This document shows, piece by piece, positions 59,109 through 59,380 of a stretch of 59,380 nucleotides of DNA; within the stretch, counting starts at the first letter, position 1; each line of letters begins with the position of its first letter. The DNA lies in sequence record SRR31156797_1705, one strand, 5' to 3'. The notes below the pieces were generated by a model that saw nothing but the letters and a program-made list of their open reading frames with translations, searched no databases and was not told the DNA's origin. The position numbers and the translations under genes were made by a program.

Positions 59109-59338
59109 TCTGCTGCAATTACTTTGTTAAAAAAATTGATCCTTTTTTTGAATCGTTCCCTTTCTTTCCATTCTGTAAGGATGTCTTCCAGCGTATTTTT
59201 TTGGATCATTTTGTTTAAGGTCAGCAAATCTTGTACTTCCCCATAGGATAGCACCCTTCGGACAACGACCTTTTCAGGAAGGTCTGCATTTTCCTTGTAT
59301 GACCAAAAAAGATATTTTGAGAAATGAGAAGTTTTCAA
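59105..59338 (-). CDS. small putative antitoxin (DUF6922-like) coupled to the AbiEii-like gene
   Basis: 77 aa; YLFWSY...VVRRVLSYG...D; ATGA overlap with the downstream gene. Confidence 0.65.
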   Translation of the reverse strand: MKTSHFSKYLFWSYKENADLPEKVVVRRVLSYGEVQDLLTLNKMIQKNTLEDILTEWKERERFKKRINFFNKVIAAE

Positions 59339-59355
59339 GATTGTTGTTCGGTGTT

Positions 59356-59380
59356 CGCCCGCCTGCGGCGAGGTAAAGTG
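59356..59380. repeat. 25-bp terminal direct repeat, copy 2
   Basis: identical to 1-25; preceded by 7-bp units gttcggt gttcgcc. Confidence 0.95.

Overview
Bacteroidota-like DNA, inferred from gene families, TAnnTTTG-type promoter motifs and A-rich translation starts. About 55 kb (4501-59338, all minus strand) is one mosaic surface-polysaccharide/glycan locus plus adjacent cargo genes. It contains gmd, fcl, wecB, an fdtA/fdtB-type amino-sugar block, a perosamine-synthetase-like aminotransferase, about 13 soluble glycosyltransferases, three GT-C-like membrane proteins, an EpsG-like polymerase and an initiating sugar transferase. It has two intact Wzx flippases and one split one. The tailoring set is unusually rich: four sulfotransferase-like genes (one frameshifted), an arylsulfotransferase, two AsnB-like proteins, two ATP-grasp proteins, CapA, a GNAT, acyl/acetyl/methyltransferases and two deacetylase-like proteins. 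The 5' end carries two toxin-antitoxin-type pairs (AbiEii-type and MNT-HEPN) and a four-helix-bundle gene. Three plus-strand genes (DUF6266-like, HTH excisionase-like, lipoprotein) and an IS21-like non-coding remnant occupy 1-4.2 kb. Most striking structure: (i) inverted arrays of 8-bp repeats flank the four-helix-bundle gene, and the same inverted pair sits in frame inside fcl, with another 8-bp array in frame inside wecB; (ii) the first and last 25 bases are identical, and that motif also occurs internally; (iii) the centre of one flippase gene has been replaced by a different flippase plus ATP-grasp cassette. All product calls are from motif recognition by eye; no searches were run.
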